Part shown: positions 40,174-52,113 of the stretch, piece after piece
Layout: the number at the start of each line of letters is the position of its first letter
Position numbering within the stretch: the stretch's first letter is position 1
Assembly (NCBI GenBank): GCA_951406725.2
Contig: OX597837.1
Coordinates: 4,836,001 to 4,900,000 of the forward strand
Direction: 5' to 3'
Length of the DNA stretch: 64,000 bases
From: Octopus vulgaris
Lineage: Eukaryota
Translations under genes and position numbers: made by a program
Notes under the pieces: model-generated
Seen by the model: only the letters and a program-made list of their open reading frames with translations
The model's database searches: none
Told to the model about the DNA's origin: nothing

Positions 40174-40673
40174 GGACCAAATTTCTTCTTAAGAAAAAAT
40201 ATATATTCATATAAATTAAACATTATATCATGAATAGTGATAGCGAAACCGGTCGATATATTAAAAATTATATTAAAACCATTTAAGTGTGCGTATTTTC
40301 CTTTTTTTATTTCTTATATATATACATATATATATATACACACACACATATACTCTATGGTGGCCTTCTCCATCATTCCTTGATGACCAGTGCTGGTTTG
40401 TTTACATCCCCGTAATTCACCAGTCTGGCAAAAGAAACTGATAGAATCAGTAGCACAGGCTTACAAAAAGACAAGCGCAGGGATTGGCTTGTTCAACTGA
40501 AAACCCATCGAGGTGGTGCTCCAGCAAGGTCGTAAACCCAATGACTGACGCAAGCAGACGACAAAGGACGACGGCAAAACACAAACGAGGTAGATTTCAA
40601 AGAATCATCGTTAGTTGGAAAAATTACTGAATCAATTTTGTTATTGCTGAGAGGAAACGTTATGGAATGCAGC

Positions 40674-40704
<31 letters not shown>

Positions 40705-40946
40705 ATTTAAACAGATGCACAGAGATGCAGTTATGGTTAAAACGGATGCACACTGGTTTACATGCAGAGTGCCTAATTTTAATATACAGTCGTTACGCAC
40801 CATCTCACCAATTTGTAGAAAGCTGTTGTCTCTGAGGCATGTTGAAGCGTCTAGAAACAATTTCTGGAAAAATGGCAAAACTCGGATTTTAATATAAATT
40901 AATATTCTTCAACAAACTCACTGAGATAAGTTCTGCAGCAGCAGTG

Positions 40947-40985
<39 letters not shown>

Positions 40986-41419
40986 TTTCATAGTAGTGAT
41001 GGGAGTTCTGATACTGGTAGTGGTGGTAGTAGTGATAGTAGTAGTAGTAGTGTTTGATAGTAGTGATAGTTCTAATGGTGGTAGTGGTGGTGGTAGTAGT
41101 AGTAGTAGTTATTGTAGTAGTAGTAGTAGTAGTGGTGGTAGTGGTGGTGGTAGTAGTAGAGGCAGTAGTAGGAACAGATGTAGTAACAGTAAACTAAATG
41201 TTGCAGTACAGGTGGTGGTGGTGGTGGTGGTAGCTCTAAATAGTAACTAGTAATTGTGCTTGCAAATGTGAAAGTAATTGTAGTAGTAGTAGTGGTTGAT
41301 AGTTGTGGTAGCAGTCTTAATACAAGAGGTGGTGGTGGTGGTTTTGGTATGGTAATGATATCTGAGTAGTAGATGATGTGGAGGCACTTGTAACAGTAGT
41401 TCTAGTAGTGGTGGTAGTA

Positions 41420-41665
41420 TAGCGAAAGCCATGTGGTGGACAAACGAAAAACCTGACTGATGACAGTCAAGGCTGATCTGGAACCCAACCTAGGCCCCCA
41501 TGTCTACAGCGTTCGCCGCTGGAATAAGGTGTGGTTGGAGATCGTGCGGTCGTAAGTCTCAAATCGCCAGGCCTGGTCGGCGTTTGTGAGAGATGCAGCA
41601 TTGAGGATGAATGAAGCCAGTTCAACCCACCCCGGGTGAATGCTGTCTCAAGACAAGAAGAAGAA
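41420..41665 (+). mobile_element. RTE-like LINE 3' remnant
   Basis: KADLEPNLGPHVYSVRRWNKVWLE...NRQAWSAFVRDA, with stop and frameshift. Confidence 0.6.
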
Positions 41666-41714
41666 TTGATTCATCAAGGTCACAGAACAGAACATACAAG
41701 AGGGAGCTGACAAG

Positions 41715-41914
41715 TACCTGGCTTTAAGGGCATCGTGAAAGGCCAGTTTGGAGGCCCAACCTTCTGAGTTCTTTTACAGGGCTTAGAAAACCTGAAGGAC
41801 CACTGCAATAAATGTGTGAAACTGAGAGGGGGGCTATGTTGAATAAAATCATAATTAACTGGTCCTCCTGTATTTTTTTCTACCCAAATCCAGAAACTTT
41901 TTGGCACTCCTTCA
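41715..41914 (+). mobile_element. Mariner 3' remnant
   Basis: Translates to ...QGLENLKDHCNKCVKLRGGYVE* (mariner C-terminus), followed by TIR-like CCAGAAACTTTTTGGCACTCCTTCATA. Confidence 0.6.
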
Positions 41915-42515
41915 TATATAAGGTGAGCAGAAAAGGGCTTTGCAGATGCCCACAGTTTCAGTTGGTCAGCTACAGAGACCCCAACTCTGTGACATAGATG
42001 GTCAACAAAGGAAAGATACATAGAAAGAAGTCGGGTGAATGGAAAATGAACGAACACAAACAAGGATTTCTAACAGAGAGCAACTCAGGAACAGGCAACA
42101 GTTAATTCGGTTAACTCTTGTAATTAATTAGTAATTAATTCAATCATTCTTGGAGGGATGAGCAGCAAAACTAAACTGCCCAAGGATATTAGTGACAGAA
42201 AAAACAAAAAAACAAAAACAAACTTAAATGACAAAATATCTCATGGAATTGCATATATATAACAAAGAACAGTCTCCTTATATATTACTGAGCTTTCTGG
42301 ACAACCAAACATATATATATATATATGCACACACAAAAACACACACATATATATTATATACACACACAGAAACAATAATACAGAACATTATAACATTTCT
42401 ATATACATATATACAATACTACAGGACATATACAACGCTCTGTGTATATATATATTACTACATGACATATAACATCTCTCTCATTCTCAATATATTATCA
42501 TCATATAAATATATA

Positions 42516-42557
<42 letters not shown>

Positions 42558-42656
42558 TTGGAATTTACAAAAGAAAAACAAACAAAACAAAAGACAAAGA
42601 CAGGTGTGTAAAGAGCAAACAGATGTATTAGTTTAACACTCGGGAAGTGAGAAAAT

Positions 42657-42693
42657 CCTTTATGTTTCGAGCCTACGCTCTTCAACAGAAAGG
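42657..42693 (-). ncRNA. Degenerate hammerhead-like motif, third copy of the 5139 family
   Basis: Reverse complement: ccttt-CUGUUGA-A-GAGC(gtag)GCTC-GAAAC-AUA-aagg. Confidence 0.4.
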
Positions 42694-44097
42694 AACACAG
42701 AAATAAACAGAGAGAGAAAATAAATAAATAAATATATATATATACACACACACACACACATATATATGTACATCTCACACCCATACATAAAAATAATAGG
42801 ATATATACAGCTCTATCTACATCAATACTACACAACATGTATAACATCTGTGCATATATAAATAAAATACCACAGGACATATACACCTCTATATATACAT
42901 ATGCAAACACACAATACAACTGCATATATATACAACATCTCTATATACACTGCAACAGCACAATCCTCTCCCTGTACAGTGCTTAGGACATATAGAAGCG
43001 CTGACGTTATTATGTAGAGAACAGTCCATACAGAAGCTTCTTTTGAGAGGGGACAATTTAAAATAACCACCAAACTGTAGAATGGAAACACAAAATGCAG
43101 GAAAACATACACAAAGAGAAAAATTATTCTGTAGTCAGGAGACATGGAATTGAACTTGGAGCCCTAGGCAGAAAACTTATTGAAAATAGCTATAATGGTT
43201 CTCTTTAGTTATGGCACAAAGCCAGAAATTTGAGGGGAGGGGTTATATTTACTCTGCCCCAGTAAATGACAAGTACATTATTTTCTCACCCACATTACCA
43301 CCAAGAAAAAAAAGAGAGAATGAGAGGCTAAGTTGATATTGATGGGATTTAAACTCACAATGTAAAGACTTGGAAAAAGTTCCACCAAGTATTTTTCCTG
43401 ATGTCCTAACAATTCTGCCAGCTTGCTGATTTAATTATAATAATAATAATTTTTTTTACTAAAAGTACAAGGACCGAAATTTTGGGTGTGGGGACTAGTC
43501 AATTACATTGCCCACAATGTTTCAATGGTACTTAATTCATCAACCCTGAAAGGATGAAAGGCAAACTGGAGCACAGCAGAATTTGAACCCAGAATGTAAA
43601 GACAGATGAAATACCGCTAAGCTTTTCACCTGGCGTGCTAACAATTCTGCCAGCTCATCGCCTTAATAATAACAATAATCCTTTTTACTGAATACACAAG
43701 GCCTGGAATTTGTGGGGAAGGGACAAGTCGATTACATCGACCCCACTGTTTCAATGGTACTTAATTTATCAACCCCGAAAGGATGAAAGGCAAAGTCGAC
43801 CTCGGCAGAATTTGAACTCACAACATGAGCATGCACAAAATGTTGATCAGCATTTTGCCCTCCATGCTAATGATTCTGCCAGCTCACCACCTTAATGCTG
43901 GTTTTCAAATTTTGCCCGAAGGCCAAAAATTTTAAGGGAGTGGGTAAGTCAATCACATTGACCCCAGTGCTCAGCTGGTACTTATTTTATTAACCCCAAA
44001 AGGACAAAAGGCAAAGTCGACCTGAGCAGAATTTGAACTCACAACGTAATGCTGTAAGAAATGCCACAAAGCATAATGATAACAATAATAATAATAA

Positions 44098-44537
44098 ATG
44101 CCCTGATGCAGTACCAGGCAGTGGCTCTCATGGCTCCTGATCTTATCTGATTGGAAGTGTTATCATGTACATTGTTTTGTCTTGGTATAAAAGATGGGCT
44201 ACAGCAAATATTCTGCTCAATACCACAGATTTGCTAGTCAGTTGTTTGACCTTAACCAGTTGAGTATGTCCCTTTGTGGCTGACGATATGTGCATCTCTG
44301 ATCACGAGCAGAAGTAGTGGGGGAGCATCATAGCCATGTGTTGAGAGGGATTCTTTGGGGTTTGAATAATTCACCTCTGGAAACATGGGTGGTTCTTTCA
44401 ACATCCTTAAACAACCCTTATTCAGGGACCTTTTGAGCGGGATGGGCTACTCAACCTGAAGAAAATTCTAACTGGGCCCCACCTGCAAGGTCATGTGCTG
44501 TTTATCTTGATATGAGATCACTATGTCGCACACATGT
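44098..44537 (-). mobile_element. Repeat family E, associated with (TAA)n tracts
   Basis: Near-identical segments at 14699-15058, 35388-35838 and 58647-59077. Confidence 0.8.
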
Positions 44538-44649
44538 ATCTATATATATATATATAGATAGATATATATATATATATATACATATACATACATATACAAA
44601 CTGACATACATACTTTTATATACATACATACATACACATGTCTACTTAC

Positions 44650-44754
44650 CTTCTTCAGTTGCTGATCAATCAAATACTCTGTGAGTTGTGTCCGTGTGGA
44701 ATTATTCCATATTAGGTAAGGGTTCTCTGTATTACTGTTCAACAACTTTAGAAG
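44650..44754 (-). CDS. DNAJC13: DNAJC13 exon (IWN repeat)
   Basis: LLKLLNSNTENPYLIWNNSTRTQLTEYLIDQQLKK; AG/GT. Confidence 0.94.
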
Positions 44755-45558
44755 CTGACAAAGAGAACATGGAAAATATTAACTATAACAGCAGTTATAC
44801 ATCTGTATGTGTGCACATGTCTGTGTGTCCATGTACACATATACACAAATAAATACATATGCAGCTGAGACCCCCTTTGGTAATGACTGACCATGGGTTG
44901 CACCTAGAAAGTTACTCTCCTAGGCACGAGTCCGGGCAAGGTTGTTTATGGAAGACCAGCAGTTGTCCATTCATACTGGCCTCCCCTCTCTATGCCACCG
45001 ATGTTATCCAAGGGAAAGGCAAAGGTGCCGATACAGCTTGGCACCTCTGACGTCGCAACACATTTCTACAGGTGAGTGTCTTGCTCAAGAACACAACACA
45101 TAGCCTGGTCCGGGATTCGAACTCACAACCTCACAATTGTAAGCTCGACACTCTAACCACTGAGCCATGCACCTACATACATACATATTTACACATACAT
45201 AGACACACACACAGACAAACATATACATACATATATATACACAAACACACACTGCAAAAGGGCGAGACAGACACAGGATCACTATATTACTACTTGACCT
45301 GTTAAAAACAGCAGCTTCAATCGCTGTTGAAGAATTTGGACCTGGAGATCTTCATTTCCAGCGACTTCGAGGGCCACCTCCCAGTGGTGTCGGGCATCAA
45401 TGAAGAGCCCTCAACTACAAGACAACCAAAGTCTTTTTTTTTTCCAAGGTCTGGGTCTCCCACCAATAAGCCCTAGACCATCACCTAATCACCCTTACCC
45501 TTCTTGTTGCTTAACAAAAACAATAGCAGCTTCAATCGCCCTCGAAATATCCTCAGTC

Positions 45559-45983
45559 ATATCTTTTCGGTTTGAACGGCAGTTTTTAACATAATTTCTA
45601 GGTAACTAAAAAATTTTAAACTTCGTATACTGGTAGAATGTGTTTATAAAAAACATCTTTTTCTCTTGGCTTTATTGAGAAAATTCTATTGTTTGTAAGA
45701 TATTTGTAGTTGTTTTTCTTCAATTTCTGCAATTTCAACCAATCAATGACATCTATTGAGGTAAAAAAAACATTATGTGCCGTATGAATATGTCCCTTGT
45801 TTAAGAAACAGATTGGGTTTATTTACATTTGTGAAGAAAAAAAGATACCCTTCCCCCGACCCCTAACCAACCCTAACCCTAAAACAAATTGAAATGCAAT
45901 AGATCGATACTAGGTTCATAATTATGGGTGACAATTTCATATGACACCGCTAGAAAAAACTGCCGTTCAAACCGAAAAGATCC
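45559..45983. mobile_element. Same MITE family, copy 3
   Basis: TSD CCTCAGTC on both sides. Confidence 0.9.
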
Positions 45984-46101
45984 CCTCAGTCTTTAGATGG
46001 TACAGTACAAGATAATCTCACAGAAGACAGAATGGTAAGATTTTTGGTCAACATTACAAAGCAGCACCCAAGAATTGCGTCTTTGCAATAATTCTACTTA
46101 C

Positions 46102-46452
46102 TTCGAATGGATTTTCATTGGCCAACTTCCTGGACAGATATGGAGTCAGCATGGCACACAAGGACTTCTTCACAGCCGGGTTGTCGGGACACGAGCCGTC
46201 TGCGGTACTATTGTAGCCCGCTAGCCGGGCACATGCTACCACACACAGGCACGCCAACTGGTTCGACTCCTCCTGTTGATTGGAGTTCTTGTTCTTCTCC
46301 ACGCCGCTCTCTTCCAAAGTGTAGTCATACTGGAACATGTACAGTAGCAGTGGCCAAATCACACCTGCCTGGTAAAGATGTGTCTGCAACCAGTAGTCAA
46401 TGCAGAATGCACTAATGCAGGCGGCAACTTCAGAACACAGCTTCTGTAAATT
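46102..46452 (-). CDS. DNAJC13: DNAJC13 exon
   Basis: NLQKLCSEVAAC...YDYTLEESGVEK...AMLTPYLSRKLANENPFE; AG/GT. Confidence 0.94.
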
Positions 46453-46560
46453 CTGAGAGAGAAAGAGAGAGAGATAAGTCAATTGATTTAAGAAATTAGG
46501 AGACTATTGTAATTTGCTTGAAGCATTGTATATTGTTTGTAAAGAATAAAATGTTTAGAC

Positions 46561-47025
46561 CAGTGGTTTTCAACCAGGGTTCCGCGGAACCTTAGGGTTC
46601 TGCCAGTACAGTCCAAGGGTTCCGCAGGAAGTTACAAAACTGCTAAAATCGACAGTAATTTTTAATTCTCCTGTGCAGATATGTGTGCATAAGACTATTA
46701 AATTATTGCACAGGGGTTCCTCGAGCCAGTGGAATGTTTCCTTGGGGTTCCGCTCCAGCAAAAAGTTTGAAAAGCACTGTTATATCTAAATCAATGCAAA
46801 GACATACAGACACACACATTAATACAGTGGTTTCCAACCAGGGTTCCGCCAGTACAGTCCAAGGGTTCTGCAAGAAGTTACAAAACTGCTAAAATCGGCA
46901 GTAATTTTTAATTCTCCTGTGCAGATATGTGTGCATAAGACTATTAAATTATTGCACAGGGGTTCCTCGAGCCAATGGAATGTTTCCTTGGGGTTCTGCT
47001 CCAGCAAAAAAGTTGAAAAGCACTG
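46561..47025. mobile_element. Two tandem hAT-like MITE copies (CAGTG...CACTG)
   Basis: Copies at 46561-46779 and 46825-47025; GTTTAGAC flanks the pair. Confidence 0.8.
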
Positions 47026-47141
47026 GTTTAGACTGACACAACAATGCACAATAATACAAACAAAGGACTATAATAACTGTTGTAATTTAATCATCCATAG
47101 TTTGATATGATATTTCAGATATCCCGAGGAATTGATGGAGT

Positions 47142-47325
47142 CACATCAAACAACATCTGAACACGAGAGCCTCCTCCTTCAAAAAACATCTAGACAGATG
47201 CCGGAACACCAACAAAAGCATAACAGTCACAATTGAGGCCAATGAAAGAAATTTGGGTAATCTAAGAATTAAAGAAGCTATACTCATGCACAGACTAGGG
47301 TCCCAAATTAGCAACAGGCTGGAGG
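47142..47325 (+). pseudogene. Penelope-like element GIY-YIG endonuclease C-terminal fragment
   Basis: HIKQHLNTRASSFKKHLDRCRN...IEANERNLGNLRIKEAILMHRLGSQISNRLE fits the R-I-K-E-H...H...LRIKEAI...IN pattern. Confidence 0.7.
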
Positions 47326-47383
47326 TTTATTATTTACCTTATTTTACGTTCGACGGATATTTGTCCTCATCTTGTTTGTTGCT

Positions 47384-47429
47384 AACACAACGTTTCGGCT
47401 GATATACCCTCCAGCCTTCTTCAGGTGTC
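47384..47429 (-). ncRNA. Minimal type-I hammerhead ribozyme motif (intact core)
   Basis: Reverse complement: gacac-CUGAAGA-A-GGCUG(gagggtatat)CAGCC-GAAAC-GUU-gtgtt. Confidence 0.65.
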
Positions 47430-47464
47430 TTGGAGAAATTTCGAACCTGGGTTCTTATTCCTAA

Positions 47465-47678
47465 GATTCCTGTATCATTGCAACTTTCATAGTTACACCA
47501 ACCTCAAAAGGGAAACTACCAAGTCCGTTGGTAAAAGTACCGACAGCATTTGTAACAACCGGAATTATTTCTGCAGAGATCCTCTGTAGTCTTTGTATTT
47601 CTCAAGCCAATTCCTGGTATTTGACTCTTTCCTGCTGTTCGTATCAGCAGAAACAGTGAATTCTACCAAAGTTGACTG
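47465..47678 (-). mobile_element. R2/R4-type restriction-like endonuclease LINE remnant
   Basis: LVEFTVSADTN...KYQELA*EIQRL...EIIPVV..AVGT after a frameshift. Confidence 0.55.
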
Positions 47679-48113
47679 TGTCCATCCATCCATCGCATCG
47701 TTTAACGTCCGTTCTCCATGCTAGCATGGGTTGGACGGTTCGACCGGTGATCTGGGAAGCCAGAAGGCTGCACCAGGCTCTAGTCTGATCTGGCAGTGTT
47801 TCTACAGCTGGATGCCCTTCCTAGTGCCAACCACTCTGTGAGTGTAGTGGCTGCTTTTTACGTGCCACCGGCACAGGTGCCAGGCGAGGCTGGCAACGGT
47901 CACGATCGGATTGGTGCATTTTACATGCCACCGGCACGGAAGCCAGTCAAGCTGGACCAATATAAAAGACCCAGATAAAGAGATGGAGGAGGAGGCTGAT
48001 GAAACTGACCAAAAACCCTTGAAGGTGGTGCAACATCATGGTCACCCTTCTACCGACTGAAACCAGCAAGAAGGAACAATAAAAGAACAGATTCTTATTA
48101 AAGAATGTCTTAC

Positions 48114-48230
48114 CTTGTAGAAAAGTATCTTTGTAAGATCCCGGATAATAGATGCCATTTCTTGTATCTTCTCACGACATCCTTCAAACTGCGAAGCCAC
48201 CGAGTAACACTGGGTAACATGCATGCAAAC
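48114..48230 (-). CDS. DNAJC13: DNAJC13 exon
   Basis: [39 protein letters not shown]; AG/GT. Confidence 0.93.
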
Positions 48231-48639
48231 CTGGGTTAAAGAAGAGCAGGAGGGAGAGAAAAATTAACATGGTTAATTAGGGGTTTGTTTGTTTTGAAGA
48301 TATTTCAGAATATAAACTATTAGAATCATCATCGTGTTCTCTATTTGTAACAGGTCGAAAGTGGTGCACTCATTTCTGCTCATGTAGAACAGAAATGGTC
48401 CTGCTATGAGGTCCTGGTTTAGGGTACTCAGTACAACCCTTGGCAGGGTTGAACTCCATGTCACACTTATGTGGGTGTTCCATTCAGGCGCAGGGTGCAG
48501 GATGCAGGGTAGACACATCGTTGGTCGTGACTAATGCAGCATTGGGGCAACATCGTCAAGACTAGTTCTTTGGTATCCACCAAGAAAGAATCACAGACTC
48601 ATAGACTAGGTTGGTAAGAGAGAGGTGGGGAGAGGGGGG

Positions 48640-48990
48640 GAAGAAAAGGAATAGAAAGAAAAAAGAGAAAAGAAAAACGAAAAAGAAAAAGGGAAAAGAA
48701 AGAAAAAGAAAAGGGAAAAGAAAGAAAAGGGAAAGGAAAGAAAAAGGAAAAAGAAAAGGAAAAGAAAGAAAAAGGAAGAGAAAGAAAAGGGAAGAGAAAG
48801 AAAAGGGAAAGGAAAGAAAAGGGAAAAGAAAAGAGAAAAAGAAAAAGAGAAAGAAAAAGAAAGAAAAGGGAAAATAAGAAGGGAAAAGAAAGAAAAAGGA
48901 AGAGAGAGAAAAGGGAAAAGAAAAAGAAAAGAGAAATGAAAAAAGAAAGAAAAAGTAAAAAACAAAGTGAAAGAAGAAAAGAAAAAGAAT
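48640..48990. repeat. Polypurine (A/G) low-complexity tract
   Basis: Directly visible. Confidence 0.9.
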
Positions 48991-49244
48991 GAAAACAACC
49001 ATGCTACACATTCCTTCATAAACATCAAAACCTTGTTTTTGAGTCATTAATTTAATTAATTAATCTTCTTCAACAAGATGTTCCCCTCTCTTTCTCCAGC
49101 ATCTTACAGAAAATTCCCTTTTATACACAACATCATATATTGTATGTAAAAGGTTTCCCTGAACAAAAGATGGTGAGGTCATAACGGGATCACCTTTGCC
49201 CAAGGGATGACCTGGGCCTAAATAACAACAACAACAGTACATAC

Positions 49245-49319
49245 CTGAGCTGCAACATCATCAGGTGTGGTGGAGAGGCTCAACACGTCAACGCAGCGAG
49301 TGAAAGCATCTTGTAATGC
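49245..49319 (-). CDS. DNAJC13: DNAJC13 exon
   Basis: ALQDAFTRCVDVLSLSTTPDDVAAQ; AG/GT; 75 nt in phase. Confidence 0.9.
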
Positions 49320-49359
49320 CTGCAAGGAAAGAAAAAAAAAAAGACCCGTTGAAGCAAGT

Positions 49360-50040
49360 GGAAATCAAAATCAAAATCAAAATCGATCAACATCAATGGA
49401 AATTGCAGCTGTGATACCAGTGCCAGTGGCATGTGAGCGAACCATCCGAACATGGCCGTTGCCAGCGCCGCCCCGACGGGCCTCCGTGCCGGTGGCACGC
49501 AAAAAGCACCATCCGATCGTGGCCGTTCGCCAGCCTCGCCTGGCCCCCGCGCCGGAGGTACGTAAAAAGCACCATCCGACCGTGGCCGTTCGCCAGCCCC
49601 GCCTGCCCCTGTGCCGGTGGCATGTAAAAAGCACCATCCGATCGTGGCCGTTGCCAGCCTCGCCTGGCCCCCGTGCCAGTGGCACGCAAAAAGCAACATC
49701 CGATCGTGGCCGTTGCCAGCCTCGCCTGGCCCCCGTGCCGGTGGCACGCAAAAAGCAACATCCGATCGTGGCCGTTGCCAGCCTCGCCTGGCCCCCGTGC
49801 CGGTGGCACGCAAAAAGCACCGTCCGACCGTGGCCGTTCGCCAGCCCCGTCTGGTACCTGTGCCGGTGGCACGTAAAAAGCACCCACTACACTCTTGGAG
49901 TGGTTGGCATTAGGAAGGGCATCCAGCCGTAGAAACACTGCCAGATCAGACTGGGCCTGGTGCAGCCTTCTGGCTTCCCAGACCCCAGTTGAACCGTCCA
50001 ACCCATGCTAGCATGGAAAGCGGACGCTAAACAATGATGA
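49360..50040 (+). mobile_element. Repeat family C with internal ~61-bp tandem units and (GAT)n tail
   Basis: About 7 units of GTGCCGGTGGCACG-AAAAAGCACCATCCGATCGTGGCCGTT..., then GGAAGGGCATCCAGC...CGGACGCTAAAC(GAT)n; other copies near 7388, 18683, 21380, 31130, 31650, 47690, 54660, 60950, 61315, 63760. Confidence 0.85.
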
Positions 50041-50177
50041 TTACAAGTTTTAATGAAGTCTCGTTAAATATTTCAAATAACAAAGATTGTGTTTTTATAA
50101 CGAACTTTAATAATTTCCATGCAATCATCATCATCATCATCAGCATTAACATTACTTCTCAGTATAGTTACTGATTT

Positions 50178-50895
50178 GTGGAGGCGCATGGCTTAGTGGT
50201 TAGTGTGTCAGCATCGTGATCCTGAGATTGTGGTTTCGATTCCTGGACCAGGCGACACGTTGTGTTCTTGAGCAAAACACTTCATTTTATGTTGCTCAAG
50301 TCCACTCCGCTGCCAAAAATGAGTAACGCTGCGATGGACCAGCATCCCGTCCAGCTGGGGAACACATATGCCATAGAAACCGGGCCCATGAGTTTGGCTA
50401 GTGGAGGCACATGGCTTAGTGGTTAGAGTGTCACCATCATGATCGTGAGATTGTGGTTTCGATTCCTGGACTGGGTGATGGGTTGTGTTCTTGAGCAAAA
50501 CACTTCATTTCACGTTGCTCCAGTCCACTCAGCTGGCAAAAATGAGTAACGCAGCGATGGACTGGCGTCCTGTCCAGCTGGGGAACACATACGCCACTGA
50601 AACCAGGAAACCAGGCCCATGAGCCTGGCTAGGCTTTAAAAGGGTGGAAGTGGAGGTGAATAGCTTAGTGGTTAGGGTATCAGCATCATGATCGTAAGAT
50701 TGTGGTTTCGATTCCTGGACCAGGCAACGCGTTGTGTTCTTGAGTAAAGCACTTCATTTCACATTGCTCCAGTCCACTCAGCTGGCAAAAATGAGTAACG
50801 CTGCAATGATGGACTGGCGTCCCATCCAGCTGGGGATCACATATGCCATTGAAACCCGGAAACCGGGCCCATGAGACTAGCTAGGCTTTAAAAAG
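50178..50895 (+). repeat. Tandem array of three tRNA-headed SINE-like units (~220-250 bp)
   Basis: GTGGAGG...GCTTAGTGGTTAG...GGTTTCGATTCCTGGAC repeated at about 50178, 50401 and 50650. Confidence 0.8.
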
Positions 50896-51159
50896 GGCTC
50901 CAGTGGTTAGGGCAGCAGACTCGCGGTCGGAGGATCGCGGTTTTGATTCCCAGACCGGGCGTTGAGTGTGTTTATAGAGCGAAAACACCTAAAAGCTCCA
51001 CGAGGCTCCGGCAGAGGGGGTGGGATGGCGGCAAACCCTGTTGTATTCTTTCGCCCCCAACTTTCTCTCACTCTCTCTCTTTCTTCCTGTTTCTTGAGTA
51101 ACAACATCAACAACAACAACAATACTGAACGTGACAAAATAAAAACTCTCTCCGCTCAC

Positions 51160-51344
51160 CTCTATACCGTTTTCCCGTCGAAGTTCCTCCGCATTCAAAG
51201 CTGAGCAGTTGACTGTGTAATAAGCCGTTTCACTGGCGGCAGCCAAAAGTGGTGCGGATTTGGAGAACAAGGTCTCATCCTGGGTTTCCATCTTAATGGT
51301 TTTTATTAGCATCGGATAACCAGCATATTTATATGGTTCTAGCA
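51160..51344 (-). CDS. DNAJC13: DNAJC13 exon
   Basis: [20 protein letters not shown]...[18 protein letters not shown]; AG/GT. Confidence 0.95.
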
Positions 51345-51899
51345 CTGCAAACAGAAATGCATATCACATAGTTTGATAAAGTTGGCTTGCATATTTATGC
51401 ATCAAATACTGAATACTAATAATAAGATTGGATAATTTAAAAAGTTTTTTTTCTTTTTCTTTTTATCATTAGGGGATATCACATGAATTTATACGGTTAA
51501 ATTTCTTAAAACATGCATTTTGGATAATGTCACTCTGGGTTCCAGACACACTGGAAAAAAACTGGATGGTCATGGTTGGACTGACTTTGGTCATGGGTTT
51601 GGGTCAATCAGGGCTGACTCGAGATTTACCAAAAACTTACAAGTCACTGTTCCTTTTCTTCCCTGTCTCTCCTCACTTTGATCCCAGAGATTCAGCAAAA
51701 AGGCTATGATAAACACTGACCTTTCTTCCAGACAAACCCTCCTCCCCCACACACACCATACACAAAAACACCAAATAAAAAAAAAATAATACAAATGGAA
51801 CCAGTTCTATATTTCTGTGAAAGTCTTTGAATGGATAAGAAAGAAATTTGGCATGGTAGACTCATGGTAGAACAATGGCAAAGTGAATAAGAAAAATAA

Positions 51900-52066
51900 G
51901 GCGCCGAAGTGGCGGTGTGGTAAGTAGCTTGCTAACCAACCACATGGTTCCGGGTTCATTCCCACTGCGTGGCATCTTGGGCAAGTGTCTTCTGCTATAG
52001 CCCTGGGCCGACCAAAGCCTTGTGAGTAGATTTGGTAGACGGAAACTGAAAGAAGCCTGTCGTATA

Positions 52067-52113
<47 letters not shown>

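Noticed and set aside
48562-49047. Lys/Arg/Glu-rich or Phe/Ser-rich ORFs
   Set aside because: Polypurine low-complexity tract
49267-50001. Long overlapping ORFs and a superficially CRISPR-like periodicity
   Set aside because: Tandem minisatellite in a retro-element; units are homologous along their whole length with no unique spacers and no cas genes
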